In this document: positions 10,664-21,419 of the stretch, piece by piece
Numbering within the stretch: position 1 is the stretch's first letter
How the letters are laid out: each line of letters begins with the position of its first letter
DNA from: Malacoraja senta
Lineage: Eukaryota
NCBI GenBank assembly: GCA_038087875.1
Contig: JAXLNO010000218.1
Span: 1 to 38,931 of the forward strand
DNA: 38,931 nucleotides
Reading direction: 5' to 3'
Notes under the pieces: model-generated
What the model was told of the DNA's origin: nothing
Databases searched by the model: none
Seen by the model: only the letters and a program-made list of their open reading frames with translations
Translations under genes and position numbers: made by a program

Positions 10664-11929
10664 AGGGCAGTCTTATGACAATGCTGCCAACATGGCTGGT
10701 AGGTACAAGGGTAGGCAGCAAAAAATCAAATTTGCAAGATTTATTCCATGCGCAGCTCACTCATTAAATTTGGTGGGCCGTTCAGCTGTTTGCTGCCTTG
10801 ATGCTGTGAACTGTTTTGGAATTATCAATGACATTTATACCTTCTTTTCATCCTCCACAAAGAGATGGGCAGTTCCAAAATCATTTTTGTAACCTCAGTC
10901 AAAAGTGCCTAAATATTTGTCAGACACTAGTTGGGAGGCACATGCAAAAGCCACAGAAGCTATTTTGGAAAGTTACAGCACTATCACTAATGACCTCAGT
11001 CATTTGTACTCTGGTGTTAATGTGAAGGGTGATACCAGGCTTCAAGCTAACAATCCTTTGCAGAAAATGGAAGAACTGGAATTTGTGTTTATGCTGCATT
11101 TTTGGACAAGGTCATTTCCACAAGGTCAACAAAGCCATTCAGAAATCCAAACTGTTATTGAGTACATGTGCAAGTTTGTACAGTTCACTTCAGGATTTTG
11201 TAAGCAAAATTAGAGAAGATTGTGATGAGCTTGAGCAACAAGCAAAGGCCACCTTGCCAGATGTTAACTACAGAACTGTCACATGGAGACAAAGAGTAAG
11301 GAAATGGCAAGGAAATGATGAAAGTTCACCTGGTCCTGATGCTTTAGATAAACTCTCTTCAAGAGATAAGTTTAGGATAAAATCCTTTATTCTACTACTA
11401 GATGCACTTGAAACCTATTTAAAAAGAAGAGCTACTGTGTACAGTGAAGTTGCACAACAGTTTTCCTTTCTTGCTAATCTGACCGCATCTAAGCAAGAAA
11501 TTCAGCAAGGTGTTGAACTGTTGATGGAAGCATACCCAGAAGATGAATGTTGACCTGAAACTTACTGATGAATTTTTGCACTTTCACTCGTACATGAGAC
11601 AAAGCCATAGGCCTACAGAAGAGCACTCTCTGTCTCATACAGACCTTTATCAAATAATATACAAGGAAACAATTCAGATGGCCTTCCCTAATGTGGAAGC
11701 AATCTTGCGGCTGTTTCTTAGCTTAATGGTCACCAACTGCTCGGGAGAGAGGTCTTTTTCAAGACTCAAAAGAATTTAAAATGAATTAAGGTCCACAATG
11801 TCTCAAGACAGGTTGTCTGCACTGAGCACCCTGTGCATTGAGAGTGACAAACTTAGACAAACACATCTTGGTGAACTTCTGGATGATTTGGCTATGAAGA
11901 AGGCGAGAAAAAAACATTTTTGCTCTTAG
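10662..11929 (+). pseudogene. hAT transposase (ZMYM1/DUF4371-like), frameshifted
   Basis: RGQSYDNAANMAG (catalytic D), FIPCAAHSLNL (CxxH), FFSSSTKRW and LSDTSW. C-terminal dimerisation domain FPNVEAILRLFLSLMVTNCSGERSFSRLKRI*NELRSTMSQDRL. Confidence 0.92.
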
Positions 11930-11964
11930 TGTATTTGTAGTTTCTTTATTTCCTAATATTCCAC

Positions 11965-12230
11965 ATTCAATTCAAGAGACACTTATTGTCATATGCACCA
12001 ATTGGTACAATGAAATTTGGGGGTCACCATCCGACGTTGGAACGGGAGAACATTCTCAGCGGCTTGGACTTCCGAATCGGCCACTTCCTACCGGAGACCG
12101 CGGCTCCCGAAGTCCACAGGCTGAGCTGGGTGGAGATTCACGCTGGCAGCCCTCGGCAAAGGGATCACAGGGCTCCACGATGTTGAAATCAGCGCGGCCC
12201 GAGGCTGGGAGTTCCGCAAACCACAGCTCC
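11965..12230 (-). mobile_element. GC-rich non-autonomous retroposon with Rex/Babar-like tail
   Basis: Reverse-complement tail AATTTCATTGTACC...TGACAATAAG...TTGAATTGAAT. Body GCCGCGGTCTCCGGTAGGAA..GCCGATTCGG..CCAAGCCGC is homologous to 29617-29662. Confidence 0.6.
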
Positions 12231-12299
12231 ACCTTTGGATCCCCAATGTGTGATTCTACAACTGGGAGGGTGCACATCACCGTTGTCCTTAAGATGATG

Positions 12300-12642
12300 G
12301 TTTGACAGAGAAGATGTTGAGCAGGAGGAGATCAGAGAGAGTCGTTTACCCCAGGTAGGGGAGTCACCAAGAGGACAGAGGTTTAAAGTGAGGGGGGCAA
12401 GGTTTAATACAAACCTGAAGGGCAACTTGTTCACTCAGGGGGTGATGGGTAAATCGAACGAGCTCCCTGAGGCAGGGACAATTACAACATTTAAAAGACA
12501 CTTTGACAGATACATGAATAGGAAGGTTTTCAAGGGGTATGGACCAAATGCAGGCAGTTGTACCTAGCTTAGATGGGGCACCTTGATCAGCATAGACAAG
12601 TTGGGCTGAAGGGCCTGTTTCCGTGCTGTATCATTTCATGAT
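12300..12642 (+). mobile_element. CR1 3' end (diverged)
   Basis: RGQRFKVRGARFNTNLKGNLF-like coding end, then a 3' UTR with GGGCTGAAGGGCCTGTTTCC. Confidence 0.8.
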
Positions 12643-12667
12643 TTGTCTCTCAGATTTGTCTCTCAGC

Positions 12668-12909
12668 CCGTGGCGGCGACTACGGGTGAACATCTGGGAA
12701 GATCGGCGGGGAGGCTGGCTGGACTATGGTACCTTCCTTAACTTTGGTGCCGCTGTGGGGTTATGTTGTGTTGTGGACTTCTGTGTATGTGCTTTTTTAT
12801 TTTTTATTTTTTTATTGATTTATTATTTATTTTTATGATACATGACTGTAAGGAAAATCCATTTCGTTGTCTCTTATGAGATAATGACAATAAATTGAAT
12901 ACAATACAA
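12668..12909 (+). mobile_element. Short retroposon with Rex/Babar-like tail
   Basis: Ends CATTTCGTTGTCTC...TGACAATAAATTGAATACAATACAA. Confidence 0.55.
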
Positions 12910-13139
12910 AGATGTTGCCCTATGTGGGGCCAGATCAGAGGAAGGGAGCCACAAGTAGCCAGTAAATCCAGGAGGCAATTTAACATTCTGATGAAGGTTC
13001 ATCAACTTGAAGTATTAACTGTTTCTATCCCTCCCCCACCCAAGTCGCACCAGCTTCTCGTTCTCACCCAACAAACAGCTAACAATGGCCTGTTTCCTTT
13101 ATCATCGGTACTTTTTTGCATATCTTTCCTCCATTGTTC

Positions 13140-13670
13140 AAGTCAAGTCAAGTCAAGTGAGTTCATTGTCATGTGTCCCTGATAGGACAATGAAATTCTT
13201 GCTTTGCTTGAGCACAACAGAACATAGTAGGCATTGACTACAAAACAGATCAGTGTGTCCATATACCATTCTATAAATATATACACACATGAATAAATAA
13301 ACTGATAAAGTGCAAATAACAGTTAATTGGCTAATAAAGTTCAATGTTTATGTCCGAGCCAAGTTTAATAGCCTGATGGCTGTGGGGAAGTAGCTATTCC
13401 TGAACCTGGTCGTTGCAGTCTTCAGGCTCCTGTACCTTCTACCTGAAGGTAGTAGGGAGATGAGTGTGTGGCCAGGATGGTGTGGGTCCTTGATGATACT
13501 GACAGCCTTTTTGAGGCAGCGACTGCGATAGATCCCCTCGATGGAAGGGAGGTCAGGGCCGATGATGGAGTGGGCAGTGTTTACTACTTTTTGTAGTCTT
13601 TTCCTCTCCAGGGCGCTCAAGTTGCCGAACCAAGCCACGATGCAACCGGTCAGCATGCTCTCTACTGTGA
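13140..13670 (-). mobile_element. Rex1/Babar LINE 3' fragment
   Basis: ESMLTGCIVAWFG...RKRLQKVV...IIKDPHHPGH..SLLPSGRRYRS...TTRFRNSYFPTAIRLLN (DUF1891-type C-terminus) and a (CTTGA)n tail. Confidence 0.9.
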
Positions 13671-13726
13671 TCTTTATCTCTCTCTCTACATCATCGTCTA
13701 TATCTCTCGGTTCCCTTATCCCTAAC

Positions 13727-13761
13727 CAGTCTGAAGAAGGGTCTTGACCCGAAACATCACC
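13727..13761 (+). ncRNA. Minimal hammerhead motif (PLE pLTR)
   Basis: CAGT-CTGAAGA-A-GGGTC-TT-GACCC-GAAA-CATC-ACC. Confidence 0.6.
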
Positions 13762-13948
13762 CATCCCTTCTCTCCAGAGATGCTGCCTGTCCCGCTGAGT
13801 TACTCCAGCTTTTTGTGTCTATCTTGGGTTTGGAGTGGATGGAATGGATTAGTTTATTGTCACATGTGACTAGGCACAGTGAAATTCTTTGCTTGCGTAC
13901 CCAATGTATAGTTGAAACCAGCATCTGCACTTCCTTCCTACGCAATAA

Positions 13949-14184
13949 GGGGCCTGTCCCGCTTGGCGATTTTTTCGGCGACTGTGGCATCATTGACTGA
14001 TGTATCAGGTCACCGAAAAAGTCGTGGCGTGATGACGTATTGACGGGCGGTGTTTCCTCAAGTTTCCTCAACATTTTTCTTGTCGCTGCTGGATTTTGAA
14101 TTGTTCAAAATCTTTTGGCGACCCTGATACGTCAGTCAATGACGCCGGCAGTCGCCGAAAACATCGGCAAGTGGGACAGGCCCT
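13949..14184. mobile_element. PIF/Harbinger-like MITE
   Basis: Long imperfect TIRs GGGCCTGTCCCGCTTGGCGATTTTTTCGGCGACTG and CAGTCGCCGAAAACATCGGCAAGTGGGACAGGCCC. TAA flanks both sides (13946-13948, 14185-14187). Confidence 0.85.
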
Positions 14185-14849
14185 TAACTGTTTCTCTCTC
14201 CACAGTTTCTGCTCGGCCTGCTGAGTGTTTCCAGCATTTTCTGTTTTATTTTGGCCATTTGGGGAGAGGTGACCCTCCTCAGAGGGCAGTTAGGGTGTGG
14301 AACACAAAAGCACAAGAGTGTTTGGTGAAGACTGCTGTGGAACATGAACCCTGGCATGAATTAATTGTGCTGAATGTCCTGGTTTGTGTTTTAGATTCGA
14401 GGTGGTGGCCTCCTGTTTTGCATTGAATCAACTTTGTTCTCATAATCTTCAACCTCTGGCATTATGTGTCAATGGAGGATTCACCAGGATTACTCCAATC
14501 CAAGCGGGGGTTGTCATGTTTTAAATGGAACACGTTGGGTGGGTGCTGCTAGATGTTGCATCAAGAATTATTATTATTAGAAAGTGATTCAGTGCAGAAA
14601 CGGTTCCACCCTGTCAACATTCCTCAGCCCATAATTAAACAAATGATCAATTATTTCTTTATGTTGAGTGAGCGAGGAATGTTGGCCAAGGCAATTGGGA
14701 GAGAATAGTGCCAAACTATTGTCCGACTTTGGAGAAACAAGGAACGGTTGATGTTGGACTACACAGAAGGAATTCCCATCCTGAACCCTCATTGCCTCTG
14801 TTTCTTTTCTTCGAAGTGTTCTTACAATTGCCCTCCGTGGCCAAGCTTA

Positions 14850-14960
14850 TGATACGATACGACAGAACTTTATTTATCCCAGGAGGGAAATTGATCCGTC
14901 AACAGTCATAAAACACAAGATACATGAAACATGAAATTAAAGTGAGGAGTGGAAAGGTTT
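14850..14960 (-). mobile_element. Rex1-type LINE 3' tail
   Basis: Reverse complement AATTTCCCTCCTGGGATAAATAAAG then (GTATC)n. Confidence 0.65.
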
Positions 14961-15333
14961 GGGTTCTCCTCAGGTTGACCAGTTGGCCATGTATTGTCCA
15001 GGATGCGTTTGGTCCTATGCTCTCATAGATCATCACATGGCTATTTGTCAGCCCTTTGTCTTGGTGACATTCCTGGGAAGAGCTTCCTGGGATGTTTTTA
15101 TTAGAGTGAAGGTGCAAATAAAAATGCATGTTATTGTGTGAGAAACACAAACAGCGATGAAAATGGTGCCTCAAAATTCTTCACTGGTTGGCGGTGTCAT
15201 CTGCATTCCATAGTTGAGTCATCGTGTTGCCTTCCTTGTCTAAACTTCATTCCATTGCTTCTAAAGGAATGGATGTCAGAAACAGAACACAACACACTCA
15301 CACTACTGAATTGTGGTTAACTTTTAAGCATGA

Positions 15334-15432
15334 GTGGAGGCACAAAAAGTTGGAGCAACTCAGCGGGACAAGCAGCGGGACAGGCAAGGAATGGGTGACG
15401 TTTCGGGTCGAGAGCCATCTTCAGACTTCAGA
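15334..15432 (-). mobile_element. Mini PLE pLTR insertion with hammerhead (15394-15427)
   Basis: Flanked by the 10-bp direct repeat TTAAGCATGA (15324-15333, 15433-15442). Reverse complement AGT-CTGAAGA-TGGCTCTCGACCC-GAAAC-GTC. Confidence 0.75.
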
Positions 15433-16261
15433 TTAAGCATGAATCCTTTGCATAAGGTTCACTACCATGAATAAGTGACCTATGACTGACTAGCAGTGTG
15501 TGCAATGCTCGCTTTGGACCACAGCTACACCGACAGATGTGCGCTGATGTTGATGCTCTCTTGGAGGAGCAATCATGTGGCTAGCCGCATTTCTGCAGCC
15601 CTTTGAATACACCCTCACAAGGATGCAGCACTTCCTGAACACGTGGGCTGGAACAGTGGAGTGGTGCATGCTGTATACCTGCAGAGCTTCCCCCTGTAAA
15701 ACCTCGCGATTTGCTAACCACCACAACTTCAATTGTAACGTTTTGACCTGCGGACTTGACTTGACTTACCCTGGATGGGATTCTGACATACCACACATGT
15801 CTTTGTGAGCCTTACAATTCCTGTTTGCCCTGCCTCTAATAACTAATGTCGGTGTGCAAGATGAACAGGTGTGGCCACATACCTTGCTGCTCGCGTTGGG
15901 GTGCGAGCAAGTGCCTTGCTGTCTTTGTGATACAAAGCCTGTGAGGTAGGGGCTGACAGGTCACATTACACACATTGTACCCTTCATTCGAGTGGGTTGG
16001 CTGCACATGTCATTCAGGTGAGTGCTCGTGGTGAAGGGTCAAATTCAAAACATTAAAACAAATAAAATTAACCGAGTGCATCTATTAACAGTTCACCATG
16101 ACTAATCATTCAGATACTTCGAAATAATTTGATGTGCAGCTTTGAAGTCAGAGACAAATTCCTTGGTGCTGTTTGCGAGTTAGTTGTTCCTCAAATTTCT
16201 TTTGCATGTCCCACCCTCAACTGTGTCAAACACCACTGTAGCTGACGTCCTATCAGTGTCT

Positions 16262-16590
16262 CAGAGTGATACAGCGTGGAAAACAGGCCCTTCGGCCCAA
16301 CTTGCCCACACCAGCCAACATGTCCCAGCTACACTAGTCCCACCTGCCCGTGTTTGGTCCATATCCCTCCAAACCTGTCCTGTCCATGTACATGTCTAAC
16401 TGTTTCTTAAACATTGCGATAGTCCCAGCCTCAACTACCCCCTCTGGTTCCATACACCCACCACCTTTTGAATGAAAAAGTTACCCCTCAGATCCTTATA
16501 AAATCTTTCCCCCTTCATCTTAAACCAATGCTCTCTGGTTCTGATTCCCCTACTCTGGGCAAGCGACTCTGTGGCATCTACCCGATCTAT
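16262..16590 (-). mobile_element. CR1 3' end
   Basis: Reverse-complement homolog of 2695-2987. Confidence 0.85.
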
Positions 16591-16919
16591 TAATGCTTTA
16601 TAATACGTTTTGGTTCATTCAAGATTCCAGATTCAAGTGAGTTTATTGTCATGTGTCCCAGATAGGACAATGAAATTCTTGCTTTGCTTCCATGCCTTGA
16701 GCAAATACATGGATAGCAGCTGCGTTGTCAGCTGACTTCTCAGATGCTCCTCCAATGTTATAAAGTGTAAGGGGTGAGGTCATTTAACTCAGGAAGCAGT
16801 CATTTGGGTAATGGGGAGCAAAGGGGATGGGAAGGCTGAAGGAAATGAGGGAAGTACTGAAGCAGCCTATTGGGAAACAGGTTTCACTAACATCGGTGGC
16901 TATTAAATATCATCCACTT

Positions 16920-17340
16920 GGGCATTGCCCTCCCCTCTCTCGGAGGGATCTGCTGCCTCAAGCCAATATCATCACACCACCCTAACCACGCTCTCATCTA
17001 CTGCTACCGCCGGGAAGGTGGAACAGGAACCCGATAACCATGACCTCCAGGCTCAAGAACAGCTTCTTCCCATCAACCATCAGATTCTTGAACCACACAG
17101 CACATCCCTGACCACAACACTACCTCAGCACCAAGCTAAGATGGACTTTTTAATTGGTTGCACTATATTTTTCCACTTGCATTGCTTTGGTCTGGTTCCC
17201 TGGTGTAGCTGATAATTGACTGTGTTCTTGTTTATTCCACATTTAGTTGCGTTGAAGTGTTAAGGTGCCTGAAGCAAGTCAGAATTTCATTGTTCCAGTC
17301 CCTGTACATATATGACATGTTAAACACTCTTGAGTCTTGT
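16920..17340 (+). mobile_element. Old Rex1/Babar 3' fragment
   Basis: Decayed homolog of 13348-13670 (RLKNSFFPSTIRFL frame) with tail AGAATTTCATTGTT...CTTGA. Confidence 0.7.
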
Positions 17341-17439
17341 GGCACCACATGCACAAAACTAGGAGCGCTGGTTTATAAAGAGGGAGATATTAGATTGTGT
17401 AAAACAGAGTGTAGGTGTGTGTGTCCTTACTTACTACCA

Positions 17440-18125
17440 TACAGAAGGAGACCATTCAGCCTCTGGGATCCAGGCCATGAAGCAATCACAACAATCCCAT
17501 TCCCCTTTTCTTTGTGTCTCTGTAACCCTGCAACTTATTTTCTACCACATGCCAATCAACTCCCCTTTTGATTCTTTTGCCACTTACCTACGCCAGCGCT
17601 GATTTACAGCAGCCAATTAACCTGCCAACATAGAAACCAGGTGCAGGAGTAGGCCATTCGGCCCTTCGAGACAGCACCGCCATTCAATATGATCATAGCT
17701 GATCATGCCCAATCCTGCTTTTTCCCCAAATCCCTTGATTCCTTTAGCCCTAGGAACTAAATCTAACTCCCTCTTGAAAAGATCCAGTGAATTGGCCTCC
17801 ACTGCTTTCGCTGGCAAAGAATTCCACAGATTTACAACTCTCTGGGTGAAAAAGTTTTTCCTCATCTCAGTCCTAAATGGCCTACCGCTTATTCTTAAAC
17901 TGTGACCCCTGATTCTGGACTCCCCCAACATCGGTAAAAAAATTCCTGCATCTAGCCTGTCCAATCCTTCAAGAATTTTATATGTTTCTATAAGAAACAC
18001 ATCTTTGGGATGCGACGGGGACTGGAGCACCTGGTGAAATCCATGCGGTCACAGGGAGAACATGCAAACTCCACACAGACAGCAAGGTTGGAACCCAGGA
18101 GGAAGAGCAGTAACTGCTGCGCCAG
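17440..18125 (-). mobile_element. V-SINE (HE1-like), interrupted by CR1 at 17628-17995
   Basis: TTACAGCAGCCAATTAACC and GGTCACAGGGAGAACATGCAAACTCCACACAGACAGC are V-domain motifs. Confidence 0.7.
17628..17995 (-). mobile_element. CR1 3' end
   Basis: LIETYKILEGLDRLDAG...FFTQRVVNLWNSLP plus 3' UTR. Confidence 0.9.
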
Positions 18126-18230
18126 GATTGAGGTGTAAGAGGTATCGATTCAAGCTTTGGATTCTTGAAATAAAACTCAAAGTCAGTTTGAGATCTTTTT
18201 CCTGAACTCTTCCCTCATTCGCCCTGACAG

Positions 18231-18284
18231 GTACCACGGGAATTCTACGAACATCAATCCTCTTCTGGTACTGCTCTCAAAAAG
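18231..18284 (+). other. Candidate 54-nt host exon (unidentified)
   Basis: Pyrimidine tract CTCTTCCCTCATTCGCCCTGACAG| and donor AAG|GTATGA. Open in all three frames and lies in non-repeat sequence. No recognisable homolog. Confidence 0.3.
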
Positions 18285-19340
18285 GTATGAAGTGGTGAGT
18301 GTAGAGTATGTACGAGCAGGACAAATATCCTACCTGAGACACAAGAGGTTACAGATGCTGGAGAAAACCCCCCAAAATGCCAGAGGAACTCAATGCATCT
18401 ATTGGGGCAAAGGAATTGTTGACGTTTTGGCTCAAGACCCTGCATCAAGACATCATCTACCTGATACATTCATTTTACTGCAAGGGGGTTATCAAATAAA
18501 AACCAGGTGCAGAAATGTTGGCTATTTCTGCTTCTCAGCCCAATTATGGCTAAATGTTGATTATTTTCTCCGTTTTTCCAGGTATGTTGGGTTTAGCATC
18601 ATTCTGTTTTAATGGTTCCCGGGGTTATGAGATCTTTTATTGTGATTCCACGAGTACAATATGCAATGTCTGCACAGTATAATAGCTTCCAGTATAATTG
18701 AAAGTAACTTTGCATATGTTCTGTTTGCGAATGTTAATGTGTCGTATGATATTCAGGGAGACAATGGGGTTATTTGCAATTCCTTTCTCTGTTTGCCCAT
18801 TATAATATAGCCTCCTCAAACCATCCACAAGCAATGGCTAAATAAAGCACCTGATCTAGAAATTCAATTGGATAGACCTACCTTTGTCAGTGTTATACAA
18901 ATGCAAGTCAATTTGTGATTGTCTGATTTGTCAAGCTGTGTCTATCGTTGCAAGCAGGCATGAATTGCTTCATTTGCTGAGGCATTGTGAAAGGAATTGA
19001 ACATGGAGCAATCCTCAAGCAACAGGACTTCATCATCAAAGATGTCTTGATTGTACCCCATTTTCATGATGTATCTGCAATGCTGCTCTACTGAGGACAA
19101 TGTCCAACTAAGTTGTGTCAAATATCACGGATATATTTGTCACCTTCTCTTCTGATCATCAGATCGGCTAACTGTTTGTCAATTCCCACTTCTGGAGGTG
19201 ATCCATTGCTGCAATCTAGGTGATATAACCTCCATCCCCAACTGTGATGTGGAGTTTCATGAGCTACGCAGTCACTCAGTGGGAGTGACTGAGGCAAGTT
19301 ACAGTCACAGTGCAATCAACAGTGAACCTTCCAGCCATAT

Positions 19341-19892
19341 GATAGACACAAAATGCTGGAGTAACTCAGCGGGTCAGGCAGCATCTCTGGAGAGAAGGAG
19401 TGGGTGACGTTTTGGGTCGAGACCCTTCTTCAGACTAGTTAGGGAAAAGGGAAACGAGAGAGATATAGACGATGACGTAGAGAGAGAGATAAAGAACAAT
19501 GAATGAAAGATATGCAAAAAAGTCACGATGATAATGGAAACAGGCCATTGTTTGCTGTTTGTTGGGTGAAAACGAGAAGCTGGTGCGACTTGGGTGGGGG
19601 AGGGATAGAGAGAGAGGGAATTCAGGGGTTAGAGAAATCAATATTCATACCATTGGTTGCCCAAGCGAAATATAAGATGCTCTTCCTCCAATTTGCGTTT
19701 AGCAACCACGAGATCAGGTTGGTTCAGGCGGGCTGAGCGAAGGTGTTCAGGGAAACAATCTCCCAGTCTGCATTTGGTCTCGCCCGCCGATGTATAAGAG
19801 TCCACATCTTGAACAATGGATACAGTTGGAGGTTGGAGGAGGTGCAAGTGAACCTCTGTCTAACCTGAAAGGACTGTCGGGGTCCCTGGACA
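19341..19892 (-). mobile_element. PLE 3' fragment (GIY-YIG end plus pLTR)
   Basis: CIHCSRCGLLYIG / ETKCRLGDCFPEHLRS...KRKLEEEHLIFRLG. The hammerhead at 19403-19437 has a G12-to-A change. Confidence 0.88.
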
Positions 19893-20055
19893 GAGTGTGG
19901 GAGGAAACCAAAGATCTCGGCGAAAACCCACGCAGGTCACGGGGAGAACGTACAAACTCCGTAGAGACAGCACCCGTAGTCGGGATCGAACCCGCGTCTC
20001 CGGCACTGCATTCGCTGTAAGGCAGCAACTCTACCGCTGCGCCACAGTGCCGCCC
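19893..20055 (-). mobile_element. tRNA-derived V-SINE (HE1-like) 5' half
   Basis: Reverse complement GGGCGGCACTGTGGCGCAGCGGTAGAG (A box)...GGGTTCGATCCC (B box), then V-domain GGAGTTTGTACGTTCTCCCCGTGACC. Confidence 0.88.
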
Positions 20056-20562
20056 ATTATTGTTACAAGAGCAGATCAGAGTTGGGTATCCTACAATGAG
20101 TGACTCATACTGACATCCCAAGGTTTTTCCACATCTGCAAGGCATAAGTTATCCCAGAGAATACATATACATATAAACGTGAAAATTGTGATCTCAGAGG
20201 TATTATTTAGTGAAGAACCTGAAGAGGAAGAGAAGGAATGAGGGAGGTCATGCTTTGACACCCCTTGGTATGCTGTCACAGGCAGGTATAAGCAAGCTAG
20301 TGTACATGCCTGGACCTGTTTAAAGCCATTGTGAAAGAAATACATGGAGACACAAGAGACTACAGATGCTGGAATCTTGGGCAAAGAGCAAACTGCTGGA
20401 GGAATTCAGCAGTTTTACAAAACCCCAAGAAGGAAGAAATTAAAGTAAAGAAGAGGAGTAAATGGTCTGCCCAGCATGACTCGCTCAGTGGGTAAATGCT
20501 TTCCTGACCTTGAATGCACATTAGATGAAGTGTAGGTTACAAGATACTCTTACTATCGAGAT

Positions 20563-20857
20563 ACACAAAAATGCTGGAGAAACTCAGCGGGTGCAGTTAA
20601 AAATGTCGGGGATGGGGCCCTGGTACGCATTGAACAAGGATTGTTCTACGTACCCGACAAAGAGGCAGGCGTAGCTGGGGCCCATGCGTGTGCCCATAGC
20701 TACGCCTTGTATTTGGAGGAAATGGGAGGAGTCAAATGAAAAGTTATTAAGTGTAAGGACCAGCTCCGCTAGGCGGAGGAGGGTGTCAGTGGCCGGGTAT
20801 AGATTGCTTCTACGGTCGAGGAAAAAACGGAGGGCTTCGAGATCATCGAGATCATCT
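20563..20857 (-). mobile_element. PLE RT fragment fused to pLTR tip, TSD-flanked
   Basis: ALRFFLDRR...LAELVLTLNNFSFDSSHFLQIQGVAMGTRMGPSYACLFVG (PLE RT QxxGxxMG). Repeat CTATCGAGAT at 20553-20562 and 20858-20867. Confidence 0.88.
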
Positions 20858-20974
20858 CTATCGAGATCATCTGTTGGCAGGGCTGGGATAATGCCAGGAG
20901 CCGCACAGGGCAGTGTCCTAGGCCCCACTACCTTCCAGAGCTTCATCAGTGACTCTTCCATCACACGGCTAGAA

Positions 20975-21419
20975 CTCCCAATAGCTAAACACTTTAATTC
21001 TCCTTCCCATTCCCACACAGACCTTTCTGTCTAGGCCTCCTCCATTGTCAGAGTGAGGCTAAACGCAAATTGGAGGAACAGCATCTTATATTTCGCTTGG
21101 GCAGCTTACACCTCAGTGGTATGAATATTGATTTCTCTAACTTCAAGTAACCCCGGCATTCCCTCTCTCCCTCTCTCCATCCCTCCCCCACCCAAGTCGC
21201 ACCAGCTTCTCCAACAAACAGCAAACAATGGCCTGTTTCCTTTATCATCGTTACTTTGTTGCATATCTTTCATTCATTGTTCTTTATCTCTCTACATCAT
21301 CGTCTATATCTCTCGTTTCCCTAACTAGTCTGAAGGGTTTCGACCCGATACGTCACCCATTCCTTCTCTCCGGAGATGCTGCCTGTCCCGCTGAGTTACT
21401 CCAGCATTTTGTGTCTATC
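20975..21419 (+). mobile_element. PLE 3' fragment plus pLTR inserted in an old CR1-like RT
   Basis: LPIAKHFNSPSHSHTDLSV... Imperfect TSD A(C/T)A(C/T)GGCTAGAA at 20963-20974 and 21420-21431. The host reads GAAQGSVLGPTTFQSFISD...FTVDC. Confidence 0.85.

Larger units (their letters stand above)
9847..11930 (+). mobile_element. hAT transposon remnant (left end plus transposase)
   Basis: Left end CAGGGCCGTATTTA...AAGCTTAGGGCCTCGAGATCTAGGGGGGCCTCGG is homologous to 8021-8088. No right TIR found. Confidence 0.8.
13027..13943 (+). mobile_element. Young PLE 3' fragment/pLTR
   Basis: Same sequence family as 21180-21419, with a hammerhead at 13727 and tail CCAGCATCTGCACTTCCTTCCTAC. Flanked by duplicated TAACTGTTTCT. 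Confidence 0.85.
12987..14250 (+). mobile_element. Old PLE pLTR (12987-13026 plus 14185-14250) split by nested inserts
   Basis: CTGATGAAGGTTCATCAACTTGAAGTATTAACTGTTTCT joins CTCTCCACAG...CTGCTGAGTGTTTCCAGCATTTTCTG. Confidence 0.6.

Noticed and set aside
10662..11929. Host ZMYM1-like gene
   Set aside because: It has stops, frameshifts and an upstream TIR; it is a transposase relic.
15490..16030. Unique stretch with short ORFs and several splice-donor-like sites
   Set aside because: No recognisable peptide, and the sites occur on both strands inconsistently.
19979..20055. tRNA gene
   Set aside because: The A/B boxes are followed by a V-SINE body, so this is a SINE head.
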